This document shows, in pieces, positions 40,047 to 52,213 of a DNA stretch of 64,000 nt. The notes beneath the pieces are model-generated. The model ran no database searches. It was not told where the DNA came from and was given only the letters and a program-made list of their open reading frames with translations. Both the position numbers and the translations under genes were made by a program. The stretch comes from Marsupella aquatica (lineage: Eukaryota; Plantae; Marchantiophyta): positions 1,502,412-1,566,411 of the forward strand of contig OZ316895.1 in assembly GCA_973895155.1 (NCBI GenBank). Direction: 5' to 3'. Each line of letters opens with the position of its first letter. Positions within the stretch are counted from its first letter, which is position 1.

Positions 40047-40232
40047 CTGCTGGGACCTCTGCTGGGACCTCTGCTGGGACCTCCATAATCTATAACCACC
40101 GGAATGGGTGGGCCGCGTGGCCCCGCCGTCCTCGCACTCAATTGCCGTGGTACGTTCCCGACTATCACTTGACTGTCACTGCTCCTAGAAGGCAATTTCT
40201 GAATTTCATGCTCCTGGCCTTCTGGTATAAAT
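40047..40232 (+). promoter_or_regulatory. Candidate promoter of the GT4 gene: 3 x 12-bp repeat and TATA box
   Basis: CTGCTGGGACCT x3 (40047-40082), then a GC-rich patch, then TATAAAT at 40226-40232. A pyrimidine-rich acceptor TTCTCGTGCCAG ends at 41179, just before the ATG, suggesting a 5'UTR intron. Confidence 0.4.
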
Positions 40233-41215
40233 GTCAGCACGAACCTCTAGCCCGGCACGCATTGCTCAAACTTCACCCTCGAATGCCTTAGCTGTTTAGT
40301 GTTGACGCCCTGCCTAGTACTGTCTTCTGTCTGCTCGACCATCACACCACCCTTTTGCGCAGCACCGTGCATTTTGCAAGCTGCCGTGAAGTTGAAGTGC
40401 ATCACAAAGTACGAGTTCAGTGCTCAGTTGCGGACTGTCTGTCCTCTCCCCGTTTCGAGACTTGTGCGGGTTGTCCCCTAGTTCCTAAAGACCTCAATCG
40501 ACCTCACTTAGTTGGGCTGTCTTGTCTGTCCTGTCTGTCTCGACCACGTTGCAGAGCTGGAAGGTTGTAGCTCGTCCGGGACTCTGTTCATAGACTCTCA
40601 AACTGGCGAACGACAATAGCTGAGTGGTTGAATGTCTTGACCACTTTGCAGACCTCGAAGGTTCTTACTACCTGGTCTGGGACTATCTAGAAGACTCTGA
40701 CTTACAACGCAGCTGAGTGGTCAATGAGCTGCACGTCGTCATAAATCCGAGCCGAGCTGTGGAGCGGACGCAATTGTCACTCGAATTGTCAGTACCAAAA
40801 CCTCCATAGTAATTCTGTTTCAATTCAGAGTGCTGTCGTAGTGGCTTTTATCTGTGATCCGAGGGGTCGGATTTTTGAAATTGAATCCACTGTAGTGTGT
40901 GTATGAAGGGACGCACCATATTAGTATTTTTTACGAGCACCAAATGCTGTGTCGGTGTAAGTACACAAATTTTGGATGTGCCGTGCTTTTAATTGCTTCG
41001 TTTCGTAAGGCCTGAAGGCAATGGTATCACGCTGTTGCTCGCGAATTGAAGCGGACTGTATTTGACGTATGTCGAATTGTTCCTGCCATGTGCAGATTGC
41101 CTTGCCTAGCTCTCGCACGTAATTCTCGTGCAATCGCCTGCTGTTGTCCGACCGTTGCTACTGTTCGTTCTCGTGCCAGCTAGGACCGACCCCCCCACGA
41201 TTAACTGACAGCAGC

Positions 41216-42379
41216 ATGGTGCAAGAAATCATTCGGTTAAGAGAACCGTCGAGGGAATACGGGCGGCTCAGAATTGTCGTTCTAGCTCCATCGGAAGAAC
41301 CAGTGCCTCCACGTACCTACGGTGGCTCGGAGCTTGTGGCCTACAACGTTACCGAGGAGCTCGTCCGCCGTGGTCACGAGGTCTATCTCATCGCAGCCGG
41401 TACGTCCACAACAAGCGCCATCCTTGTCCCGGTTGCTGAGAAATCTTTTAGAGAAGTGTACGCAAACAGTCCTCTGAAGAACAGTCCGTCAGATTACCAA
41501 GCGCTGCGCGATTACTGGAATGTGAAATGCTGTGTGGAAGCAACCGCGATCATCCGATCTTTGAAGCCCGATCTCGTTCACAACCATGTCGACTGGCTCG
41601 GCGTCGTGCTTCAGAGTCTCATGCCGTGCCCGATGATCACGACGGTGCATAACCTCATACAATTCGAGACCCAGAAACGTGCAATGACTGAGAATCCGAA
41701 TGGGAACTTCGTCTCGATCAGTAATAACCAGCGGACGACCCTTCCTGAAGCCAACTGGGTTGCCACAGTCTACAACGGCATCGACGTGAACTACTTCACG
41801 CAAGGTAAAGGTGATGGTGGCTATTTCGCATTCTTGGGCCGCATTTCTCCGGAGAAGGGGTGTGCCGAGATTTGCCGAATCATTCGTAGCAGCAAGAAAC
41901 ACCGGCTGAAAATCGCAGCCAAGATCGACGCGATGAATATGGACTACTACTTGAAAGAGGTTAAGCCACTGATCGACGGTGACCAAATCGAGTACATCGG
42001 TGAAGTGGATGTCGCGGGTAAGAACGCATTCCTCAAAGACGCTAAGGCTCTGCTTCTCTGGCTCAACTGGGAAGAGCCCTTCGGCCTCGTTGTCGCCGAG
42101 GCCAACGCCTGTGGCACTCCTGTCGTCGTAAACCGACGCGGTTCGATGCCCGAAGTCATTCGCCCAGGCGTCAACGGCATTCTCGTGAACACCGTCGAGG
42201 AAATGAAAGAAGCGCTCGACAAAGTTGACCAACTTGATCGCCCCAAGTGCCGAGCTTATGTGCAATCTCGCTTCGATGTGAAACAAATGGTAGACGGCTA
42301 TGAAAAACTCTCTCGCACCATCGTCGGCAGCTCGTTGGAATCGGACAATGCTAAACTGATCCCAAACGATCTCTTCTGA
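41216..42379 (+). CDS. Bacterial-type glycosyltransferase family 4 (GT-B, AviGT4-like), intronless CDS, ~387 aa
   Basis: First ATG at 41216. N-terminal LRIVVLAPSEEPVPPRTYGGSELVAYNVTEELVRRGHEVYL, then PDLVHNH, ITTVH, FVSISNNQR, TVYNGID, FLGRISPEKG, EX7E motif EEPFGLVVAEANACGTPV, and RGSMPEVI. Many C-ending codons, no introns, no stops. Confidence 0.95.
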   Translation: MVQEIIRLREPSREYGRLRIVVLAPSEEPVPPRTYGGSELVAYNVTEELVRRGHEVYLIAAGTSTTSAILVPVAEKSFREVYANSPLKNSPSDYQALRDYWNVKCCVEATAIIRSLKPDLVHNHVDWLGVVLQSLMPCPMITTVHNLIQFETQKRAMTENPNGNFVSISNNQRTTLPEANWVATVYNGIDVNYFTQGKGDGGYFAFLGRISPEKGCAEICRIIRSSKKHRLKIAAKIDAMNMDYYLKEVKPLIDGDQIEYIGEVDVAGKNAFLKDAKALLLWLNWEEPFGLVVAEANACGTPVVVNRRGSMPEVIRPGVNGILVNTVEEMKEALDKVDQLDRPKCRAYVQSRFDVKQMVDGYEKLSRTIVGSSLESDNAKLIPNDLF

Positions 42380-44169
42380 TCGAGCGTAATTGAACGCAAC
42401 TCGTCAATTCAACCCAAGCCGTAACCCGAGCGTTGCACATATCCTAGCCTGCATCCGTCTGTCTTATGACACGTATACGTCGATCCACACATCTGTGCCC
42501 AGATATCCTCATGATCATTTTTCCGATTGTGAATCCGATTGTAAAATATTACTGTCAACGTATTAAGCAGCCAAGAGTTCCGGGTATTGACGCATTGAGC
42601 CCTTGGCCGCGATGAGCTTGCTTGTACAGTAGGTGCAATAGATAATCAACACTGACAACACTTTTAATGCATGCGAGTTGATCGACGTAACTGGGCAGAT
42701 TCATCCTAAGCAGCACCATTCATGTTGACGATTCACAACGTTCGCAATGAATGCAGGTGTGCGATCTGTGACCGAGTCTGTACATAACTGATTATATAGA
42801 AGGTTTTTGCCGATCATAGCTAATTTCGGAAATGATTAAAAAAAACACGGAAATAAAGTTTGTACCTTCAAACTGTTTTGCTGACTCCACTGTGAGTTTG
42901 ACGGTTGTTAATTTGTTCACCATTGATGGATATCGATAATTTTGCTTGCATGCGCCTTGTAGCTCACTGCCGATCTGTGGAACAGCTACCTCTTGAGTCA
43001 TCGATGGAGATTCTCAGTTGTTCAATTCAAGCTTTTAATAGCTGATCATTGCGGTAAACTGTACATTGCTCACCGTGTTTCCGGCTGTAATCATGCGACA
43101 CTTCGTTCAGTGTAGACATCTGGGTTGTGATGACTTGCATTAAGTGGGTAAATGTGACGAGACATACATGATTGTGGTGTTCGATTGGTTCCGGTGTAAT
43201 CATGCTTGCATCCGCCTTGCAGTTCTACGGCTGGTCAGCCCGACCAGTCCAACATCCGTCGTAATTACTTAACACAGTATCCCAGTCACGCGGGGACTCA
43301 GGAGACCCGCTCGATTGCTCTCGTCTATCTACAGGGTAAGGAAAAGGGCTGTGAAGGACTTAAGAAATCACATCGACTCGATAGAAAGCTGCTGGAATTC
43401 TTTTTTGATATGCCTTGTAATTGACTTACAGATGATCGAGTGAGTACTGACTCTCTTCTGATTCCAGCTGTCCCGATAACCGAGAGTCACTGTATTTTAT
43501 GACTAAGGGATGCCTTCTGTACAATCAGAGAACAGGGTAAGCATCAAGGCTATTGTTTTTGGGTAATGGATTTAAATCGACATGCATTCATTGAAGTTAG
43601 CTTTTCAGGCTTTTAGTTTATGGTCCATGAAGTGTAACATCAACTGTCGATTGAAGTCGTCGAGCATCTTGTCACAAGTCTTCGAACCAGCTCAGGTCAG
43701 CTGTGTACTCAATAATTATAGATGTTGGCTTTGTCGGCACGAATGATCAAGATTTGCAGACTTGTTGTGGGCGGTCATATGGAGATAAGTTGGAAGGGCA
43801 GTGCAGATACTACTTGCGATCGGTGTGAGACAGCCGTGCAATTGACGCAACAGGTCGAGGCTTCTATATACTTAGGAAGAAGGGGATGTGTTTACCTTGT
43901 TGCATTTCCTTGGTCCCGGTAATGCGCAAGAAATTCAGAGTAAGGAACTCGGAAGTTTTGTGTTCAATCGATGACTCCGTCAAAGGAGCAATTTTGATAT
44001 CGTCTTTGCTATGGGATCAACTGCTGTAGGCCATACGATTATACACTGGTATCCCAATTTAGCTTCTGACCTTTCAATGGGAAAAATTAGCAAGAGCTTA
44101 TTCAGCTCTCAAATCATCCCTTCTACGAACATCTGAATATTGAACGTTAAAGGTGAAGTCATCTTGTCG

Positions 44170-44365
44170 TCTCACAATTGACATTACCTGTTTACAACGA
44201 CTTGTCGTTATTGACATCACGTCTATACGAAGTAATTGCAAACTAACGGAATTCATGGTATAAACGCATTCCGTTCATACAATTGTCAATAACGTCAAGT
44301 TTATACAAAGAATCGTGTGAAAATTGATATCAAGTTTATACGATCAATTGTAAATGAACGGAACT
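44170..44365. repeat. Interleaved inverted/direct repeat cluster (foldback-like)
   Basis: CTTGTCGTTATTGACA (44201) pairs with TGTCAATAACGTCAAG (44284). TTCCGTTCATACAATTG pairs with CAATTGTAAATGAACGGAA. TCAAGTTTATAC occurs twice. Confidence 0.55.
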
Positions 44366-45542
44366 CATTCGAAGACTCGAATGTATCCCGTAAACTGAGT
44401 AATTTTCTAAATTAACTGTTCCAGATCGTTATATAATTAAGTCCCTGCCATCGATTTTCTAAGACATTTTTTCAGGGAGTCCGTCGAGCATTTATAAAGA
44501 GCAAAGGGTTCTATGTATTGCAACATTAGCGCACCAGGACGTCAAATCGATTTAATATGAGGTCATTCGTTGTAATTCCACAACAATCAACTTTTAAGGT
44601 TTGCAAAATCAACATACTCGATGCGAGGAATATTCACAACTACTTGTAAAAAATATGTGAGCTTATTCAACGCAGCTTTTATTCATTTTTTGTGAGTGAT
44701 GGAAGAGGTATTTGGCCGAGCATTTACGCAGCATGTCTTTGGAAAAAGCTGGGACGCAATGTAGTCCTCAGATTTACTTGAATTGTATTCGGTGATCAGC
44801 TGTCTCGAATCTTTCGTTTGCACAGAAATTTCCTTATCATCCCTAACTGGGAAACGTATCACACAAACACTTTCATACAATCGTGAGTGGATATACATCC
44901 CTTTCTAACGTATCAAAAGTGTAAATCATTACAATTTTCTTGTCAAACTTCTCATTATGAATTCAACCATGTCAGTGAAGACAATTGAATCGAACACGGT
45001 AGAAAGCTAATAAGCCTAGTTGCCTCGCTCTTGTATAATTAAAAGACTTGATGAAGCATTGTAAGGACAGCTCCCTGATGCTAGTTTCTAGAATGAAGAT
45101 CGAAGGGACATGGTACAGTTGACCTTGTTGTTTACAGATGCATGGAATTTCACTTCTAAAAGCTACGGATGATTTAATTAGCTTATCCGCTCAATCCAGG
45201 AAAGTGAGATTTGGTCCCCACATCCGCTTCCCCGACTCTTTTACTCCCCATCTCGATGTACTCATTTGTACTTCAGGCACTAAGCACTGGGGGCTGTCTT
45301 TTGGCAAGGCTGTCTTCGTGTGCAATGCCACACTTTCTCAGGATATTGTGCACTTTGCCAGCTGGTCGTAGTGGAAATGTACAAAACATTTTTGTTATTC
45401 TGGTCCAACTTTTGGGCTGTGCCTGTACATCACTTTTTTTTTGGTCTAATGTTTAAAATTAGTTTATTCCTCGCGAACCCCACCATGGAGGGGGGGATCC
45501 ACTTTATGTTCTTCTCATTGCTTATTTCATTTGATATTAGTG

Positions 45543-45752
45543 TGGTGAGGACCTTTGGTCATCTCATTTCCCTGGGAGCCCTTGATGGAAAAGATGGTTC
45601 CTCTGCAGCTTGACAAATACTTCGTTTCATGATTCTGGTACAACTTTTTGCCTGACAAATATTTTGTTTCATGATTCTGGTACAACTTTTTGCCTGTCGT
45701 GCGGTGAGCACTTTTGGTCATCTATTCCCTGGGAGCACTAGATGGGAAAGGA
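45543..45752. repeat. Nested direct repeats
   Basis: TGACAAATA.TT.GTTTCATGATTCTGGTACAACTTTTTGCC x2 (42 bp), flanked by two copies of GGTGAG.AC.TTTGGTCATCT..TT.CCTGGGAGC.CT.GATGG.AA.GAT. Confidence 0.8.
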
Positions 45753-47530
45753 TAGTTTTTTGGTTCCTTCTGTTGCCGGCATTTCAGCATTTCAACCGGT
45801 TGTTTCTATCGCTCCCTGTGCTTTCTTTGGTTGTTGGACGTAGATGGCTCCTGGTTTGGTTTCCTGTTTTATTGTGGACCTCCAGCCTCTCCTATGTGAC
45901 TTTTTTCTTGCGGGTTGAGACTGAGGTGCTTCTCTTTCAAGCTCAACTTCAAGCCAGGTCACTGGTGCCCCAAGTTGTTTGAGACAGTTCTCTTTTTGAG
46001 GAGATTGGTTTGTAGAAAGTTTTGCAAGTATGCAACAACTTGCCAGAAGAGCACAAGTTTAAACATTTTACTTTTATTACTTTAGTTGAGGTGGGGCAGT
46101 TCTTATGTGACCAAATGAAAGAGTTGTGTTGTAGGATAGTCATTGTAGTAGCTAACCTAGTGATCAATGCTATGAAACTTAGAAATGGAAGTAATAAACA
46201 TATCCATGTGACTAGCTGAGCACCAAACTGGCATGGGCGACCCCTATCTGATCAATTGAAAAAGTGATGATCTTTGTCAGAATATCTGCAACGATGATCA
46301 GTGGAGGGAAGAAGCCAAAGCTATTGGCATCACCTCACTGTAGTCTAGCCTCCATGGCGCTAAGTGTGTATGACCTTTACAGCATATCTGTTGAAATTCC
46401 AAACCTCCATCATTCTCTAATACTAGAACTAATTCAAGATCTGCGTTTGACACTCATTAACAAAATGGCTTGTGAGGTTTAGTAAGAGGACTGGAACTTC
46501 GGAGAGTTCTCATGACCATCACCCTGATTAATCATTCATATTTTGCTTCTCTTCGTACGAAAAAATTGTATTCAAATTCCTGAAATAGGGATCAGTTGAG
46601 GCTATAGTCTTGGCCAACAGCAACAAGGCAAACTGCCTCCTTACAGTCGTGGGGGAGGGAAAGATCGCAATGAAATCCCTCCAACATTCCACTAGATGTT
46701 CCACTTGAAAAACTTCAAGAATGAAACATTACTCCATTGTGTTTTGACTATAGAATCTATCAAATACTGGTTGCGATGACTCCAAATTCATCCCTCAATA
46801 TGCTTCAAACTACAGAGTTGAAGTGCTCACGGTACGTACTCTTTTCAAAACAGAGTGTAACGACTTTGAAGAACAACGGCTGCTTCAGTTCGAAACCAAA
46901 CTTCCACCACTCTGTAAATCTCCATATCTTCAGTGCAATATCAAATCTGAAATCACATGCAAAGATCTCTGTGGCAAATAACCTGGACAACGAGTAATTC
47001 CCCATGGATGTACCCACAAGACCTTTATTCTAATGCACGACTTCAGCCCAAATTGGTCGCTCACAAGACCGAGCCTAAGCGAACCTCCTCTATAATGACG
47101 ATGGTTGGTATAAACCTACATCCACACGTACAGCCTATTTAGATGTTCATACGTGATAGCAACCCGTTAGAAGAATCCCCAAAATTACTTGAAAGCAACC
47201 TGTGAATCAGAGGAGCTCTGAAACAGCAAGGGGAGGAGATCAGCTTACCTGAAGAAGGTTGACAGATACTTTGTAGTAAAAAAGAACAGGTATCCCATAT
47301 GGCCCTTCCGTGCAGATCTGTCTTTCCAAATTGGTTACGAATTCATATTGTCCATCTGTAGACAACGAAGGTATCCATCAGACCTAAGTTAGGGGGAACG
47401 ACTAAACAAAAGACAGAAATATACAAATAAAAAGCCAGGCTACCACAATACCATGTCCATCTCACACAATATTGTGCTGAGCACAGCCAAATAGCTGGGG
47501 TTACAAATGATGGAAGCAATCACCAACATA

Positions 47531-50500
47531 TTAAACACAGGGCAGACTCTTTTTGCACGATGAGCTTTCTAGATTACGCTCCTCGATGTCTTCTGTACAC
47601 AATTCCTGCAAATTCCAAGAGAACGAATATGACTCCAACAGAAAGAAAACGAATAACACATCAACTTAATGAGTAGCAGCAATTTTCTACTTAGGTATTA
47701 CATGTAAGATCTTCGGGGATGACCAACTTGACTACCCTACAGTTTCTGGTTGTTCTTAAACAATACAACCAGTAAGAAAATTACCTCGTTAACGCACATA
47801 TTCGAATGAACTCTAATCAGACATATTTCTGTTCAAGCTGGAAAGTTGTAGTTACAGGCGAAGTAACTTGCCTGGGGTACGGCACAATCTGCGTGCCGAG
47901 GATCCCAGAGAAGGGCGCAGGAACATTCCCACTGATCGTCTGGCACTATCCCTACTGGAGCCCTGAAATGAGGCATCCACGCAACAGCGCAAACAATTTC
48001 ATCCTTCAGTTGCGAGCGACATGGCTAAATTTACAACAAAATTGCTAGATTTCAATGTTTGGCACTCTTAACTATGAAGCCTCTTCTGCGGTTTTTATTA
48101 TAACCTCCAAAAATGATCCAGCGGCCAATTACTGACTAGAAACCTTCAAATACAAGTCCAGGAAAACTCCCACCCAGCATAGCGTGATATCTGGATGATG
48201 CTCCTCAGTAGTGTACTATAAGGTTAGATTGGACATTGCATGCAATCCACAACCCCACTCAATCGAATTATCGGCGGAAGGCCCTTCTCGCAGGTGAGAT
48301 GATGCAATTCAACACTAAGGTCTTAGCTTAGACCTGATTCCACACGAAGCATACGTTCAGGAAACGTGAGCAACACAAGATTTAGTTCAAGCTCGTATCT
48401 GACGACTTCATGTAATCAGCCTATCACCCAAAGTCGTCTTTGTAACTAGATGTGAACTAGGATTGAACCTAAAATTTCACCGTCTGTTTGACCTGTCACA
48501 GACTCAACCTTCTTATCGTCCCTTCAGAGTGAAATGCGTCCAAATACCGTCTTGGACTTTTTGAAAATTCTAATCGATAATAGAAGACTTACCAACCGTA
48601 AGGAATACTTCACTACATATCAATCACAAGTTGTCATGAAGACAAAGCCTTAGTACATACGAGCATTTCAGACGTATTTCTGATAGATAAGGACTGTTTT
48701 GGAAAAACACCTTCTCCATTTCCCACAGAAGATATCTTTTTCTGCGGTTGAGCCGTCAGGACATATCTCGCCTTCCTCGAACAAAACAAGAGTGCACTGA
48801 ATCCAATTTTCTTTCGAACCAGGTGGAAGCTGCATAGGAGGCAAACAGCCTTTAGGCCATATATTCTGCAAAACAGGCACCAACAATCACATAATTACAA
48901 GAACAAGAACAAGAGAATTCCAGGACTCTTAGGCAAGAGATAAAGCCATTTCCCAGTAGTTGTACCTCCGGAAGAGAGAACTCGTCCTAGCTGAGATCAA
49001 CCCAAAGTGGAGTAAGAGGAACAAGATACAAAATGAACCCATACATTCGCTAAATTGTATTCTGCAGTCTCTTGTTCGAGTCGTTTCTCCTCGCTAGTGA
49101 GAGGAATCTCCTCTCCAAAACGTTGAGCAGTCTGTGCTCTGAGAAACACATAAGATGTGCCATCAGTGACTACGGTATAGTCGGCCGATATAAACATATA
49201 TCTTCGTTCGACACGTGCAGTTGTCAATGAAAAGGAGTAATTGGGTTTACAGTGCTCACAGGTTGTCATGTAGGTCGACCTCATCGACTATGCCATTCCA
49301 CTCTGGAACATCTGCTTGGAATTTGGGTCCAAGTCGCACTTTCATCCTTCGACCATTGCTCATACGTAACAATTCTCTCTCAACTCGGCCAATGCGGGAA
49401 TCTTCCCGCCACCAATCCTTAGGCTTTCCTCCAGCATGAGAGTCACATTGTTTCTGACTTTTTCTGCACATCTTCCGTTTCCTCTTACATGGTCGGCAGA
49501 GCCATTCATCAACCCGTGGAATGATTTTCATTCGAACGTTTATGCAACCCATGTGAAAAATCTGCTCACAAGAGTCACAGATGAGGGAGCTTGATGCCTC
49601 TTCTCTTTCTCCACAGACATTGCAGAATTGCACATTCGCTCCATCACCAACAAAACCGGGATGCGGTGCTGCAGGGCGCTTGTCGATAGCTGATCGATAA
49701 AATTTTCCCACATTAGCGGCAAAACTCTTATCCTGTGCACTTTCGGTTTCCCCCTTCGTACCACCACGATGCTGACCTAACCATTCTTTCTTCTTTGGAC
49801 AGAAGGCGTCTGTAGAACCTCCAGAAGAATGCCTTGGAGGCAAGTACTTTTCTCTGTCATGGGAATACGATGGTGATTCACCGATATCACTGTTACCCGT
49901 GAGTACCCCACTTGAATCAAAATCCGAGCTTGGCAAGGACTCTTCCGAGCATTCGCTTTCCTTCGCCAAGGGAAGATCACTGGATTGCCTACTCACACAG
50001 TCTGGAGAATTTTCATCCAAAACATCCTTCGAATCCTTGACAGAAGCTGAATCTGCTGGAGTTGTCAACCGTCGCCTTTTCAATTTATGGACGTCGTCGG
50101 CCTCAATCAAAGCCCTCAACGCGTGTGCTCCTAGATTTAAAGGTAATTTTGCTTCAATTTTTTCTACAATCAAACGAGTAGATTCCCCTCGACAGCAATT
50201 TCCATGCTGATCACCACCTGAATCCTTCATAAAATCAGACTCGGCCAGCCTTGCCTTTACGTCTTTGCTTCGTACACTCTCAACCAATCCTTCCTTTACT
50301 GCTGAAGTAGACAATTTCAAGTTCGGCAATATTTCAGGTCTGTTAACCATGAAAGAGGGACTTTCAGAATTCTGATCAATGGCAGTTACCTGCCACTGTC
50401 TTTTGAATCTAGGCACATTGTCGGTCTCCAACAGAGCCCTCAGTACATGATGACTCAAATTTAAGGATATCTTTGATTCGGATCTTTGAGAAACTGCGGC

Positions 50501-50608
50501 TTGGCTAGTCATCTTGAGTTTCTCATGTGAGCCTGTCGGCAATGCTGGCCGGCAGTGCCTCCCTTCGGTCCTTCTGCTAATAAATATTGCTCGGGGGACT
50601 TGATACAT
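47531..50608 (-). CDS. PHD finger + ELM2-like + CW-like zinc-finger chromatin protein, 5 coding exons
   Basis: Exons 50608-49260, 49138-49045, 48865-48711, 47962-47872, 47605-47531 splice in frame. PHD CNVCGEREEASSSLICDSCEQIFHMGC...WLCRPC (C4HC3). ELM2-like VRLGPKFQADVPEWNG. C-terminal NWIQC...CGKWRRAPVGIVPDDQWECSCALLWDPRHADCAVPQEL is typical of the plant PHD/ELM2 family. The last intron uses a GC donor. The start could alternatively be MTSQAAV (~50512). Confidence 0.88.
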
Positions 50609-51817
50609 GCAAACTCTGCTGAATCCTTGCAGGGTGAACAGGGTAGATCGATGCAGAGGGCAATGGCTTCACTATCATCAGGGCATAACCCACTACTGTC
50701 GCCAATGAACTCTTCCTTATCATCAGGACAGTTCACCAGAGCATTATCAGAGAAAATCCCTGTCCCGTCCGAAGACAGAACTCCTGACTCACACCGATCC
50801 TCTGCTTTCCACCTTGCACGCTTGGAGCCAACATGGGCAGCAAATGAGCAGGTAGACTGGTGCAGCCTGGTACCATGCTACTCACCTCCAAGCTATGGAG
50901 CCCACAGGGATAGTCGACCAGTCCCTCACAGCCCAAGATCATGACGTTACAAACCTTAGAACGTGCATTATTTCAGCGCGCATTTCCATCACCATAAGCG
51001 CCCCCAGACAACTTCTACTGTGTCAAAGCCTCCTGTTTTGAAACGATAGACAAGACAGTAATGATGCTCTTGATCGCCCTTGCATCCGGGACAATGGTCG
51101 ACTTGAGACCAGGACCCAATAATGATCCTGACGTCCGGCCTCGCAACTGCACCTGCCAGTCCATTCCACCAAGATGAGTGTCCAATATCATACCATCAGA
51201 ACGACATTGTATCTTGCCTCGTCACCATCCGTCAATGCGAAGTAAGCCATTATTTCCTCATCGTCAGGAATGGTTCTATGCACTCTGGGAGCGCTCATGC
51301 ACTTTGACTCCGCGAAGGAATGACGATCACTACATTTCCTCACAGGATCCAGCAGGTGGCGCATCATCCTCGTGAAAGGAGACCTGATTCGAGGGGGAAG
51401 ATTTAAACCAGACCGAGCCCACAAGTCCAGTAGGCCAGAAGAGAGCGCAGACGAAAAACTCAAGGGAGTCCAAGCTCAAGGAACAAAGGGGACGGCGAGG
51501 AAAGGCCGTGATTATCGGCAATGCAAACCAAGGCAAAGCTGGGAGTGCTGAGAAGAGAGAACATTTCACGTACCACTGTGCTCGAGAAATTATACCTCGT
51601 CGTTGGAAACAAGCGACAATCGAATCACCAGATCCTGCTCTTTGCGCAAAACAGTTCTGACCCCCGATCAGTCAATCCTCTAAAGAGCCATGCTATATTC
51701 TTCCATATCCCCTCTCCCACCCCCTCAACATTACTCCTCCTCCTTCGCTCTCTTTGCTTATTCCTCTCCTCTCCTCTCAAACAAAAAACCTAAAGCCTCT
51801 CTCTCTCTCTCTCCCAC

Positions 51818-52213
51818 TTGTGGTGCTTGCTAGATGGCAATCCTCCAACCTTGAAGATCTTCCACAAAACTCAAAAAAACAATCCTAGCCTCAACTTCTC
51901 TGCCTCCTTTCCCCCCCATGGTGGTGCTTGCTTGATGGCAATCCTCCAACCTTGCAGCTCTCACACAAAACTAAACAAAAACAATCCTCGCCTCAACTTC
52001 TCTACCTCCTTTTTCGCCCTTTGTGGTACGTGCTACATGGCAATCCTCCAACCTTGAAGCTCTCCCACAAAACTAAACATAAACAATCCTCGCCTCAACT
52101 TCTCTACCTCCTTTTTCGCCCTTTGTGGTACGTGCTACATGGCAATCCTCCAACCTTGAAGCTCTCCCACAAAACTAAACATAAACAATCCTCGCCTCAA
52201 CTTCTCTACCTCC
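51818..52213. repeat. 102-bp tandem repeat, ~4 copies, upstream of the PHD gene
   Basis: Unit ATGGCAATCCTCCAACCTTGAAGCTCTCCCACAAAACTAAACATAAACAATCCTCGCCTCAACTTCTCTACCTCCTTTTTCGCCCTTTGTGGTACGTGCTAC. The last two copies are essentially identical. A (CT)n tract sits next to it at ~51796-51813. Confidence 0.92.

Noticed and set aside
41489-42286. 265-aa antisense ORF
   Set aside because: It is the shadow of the codon-biased GT4 gene on the opposite strand and has no recognisable motifs.
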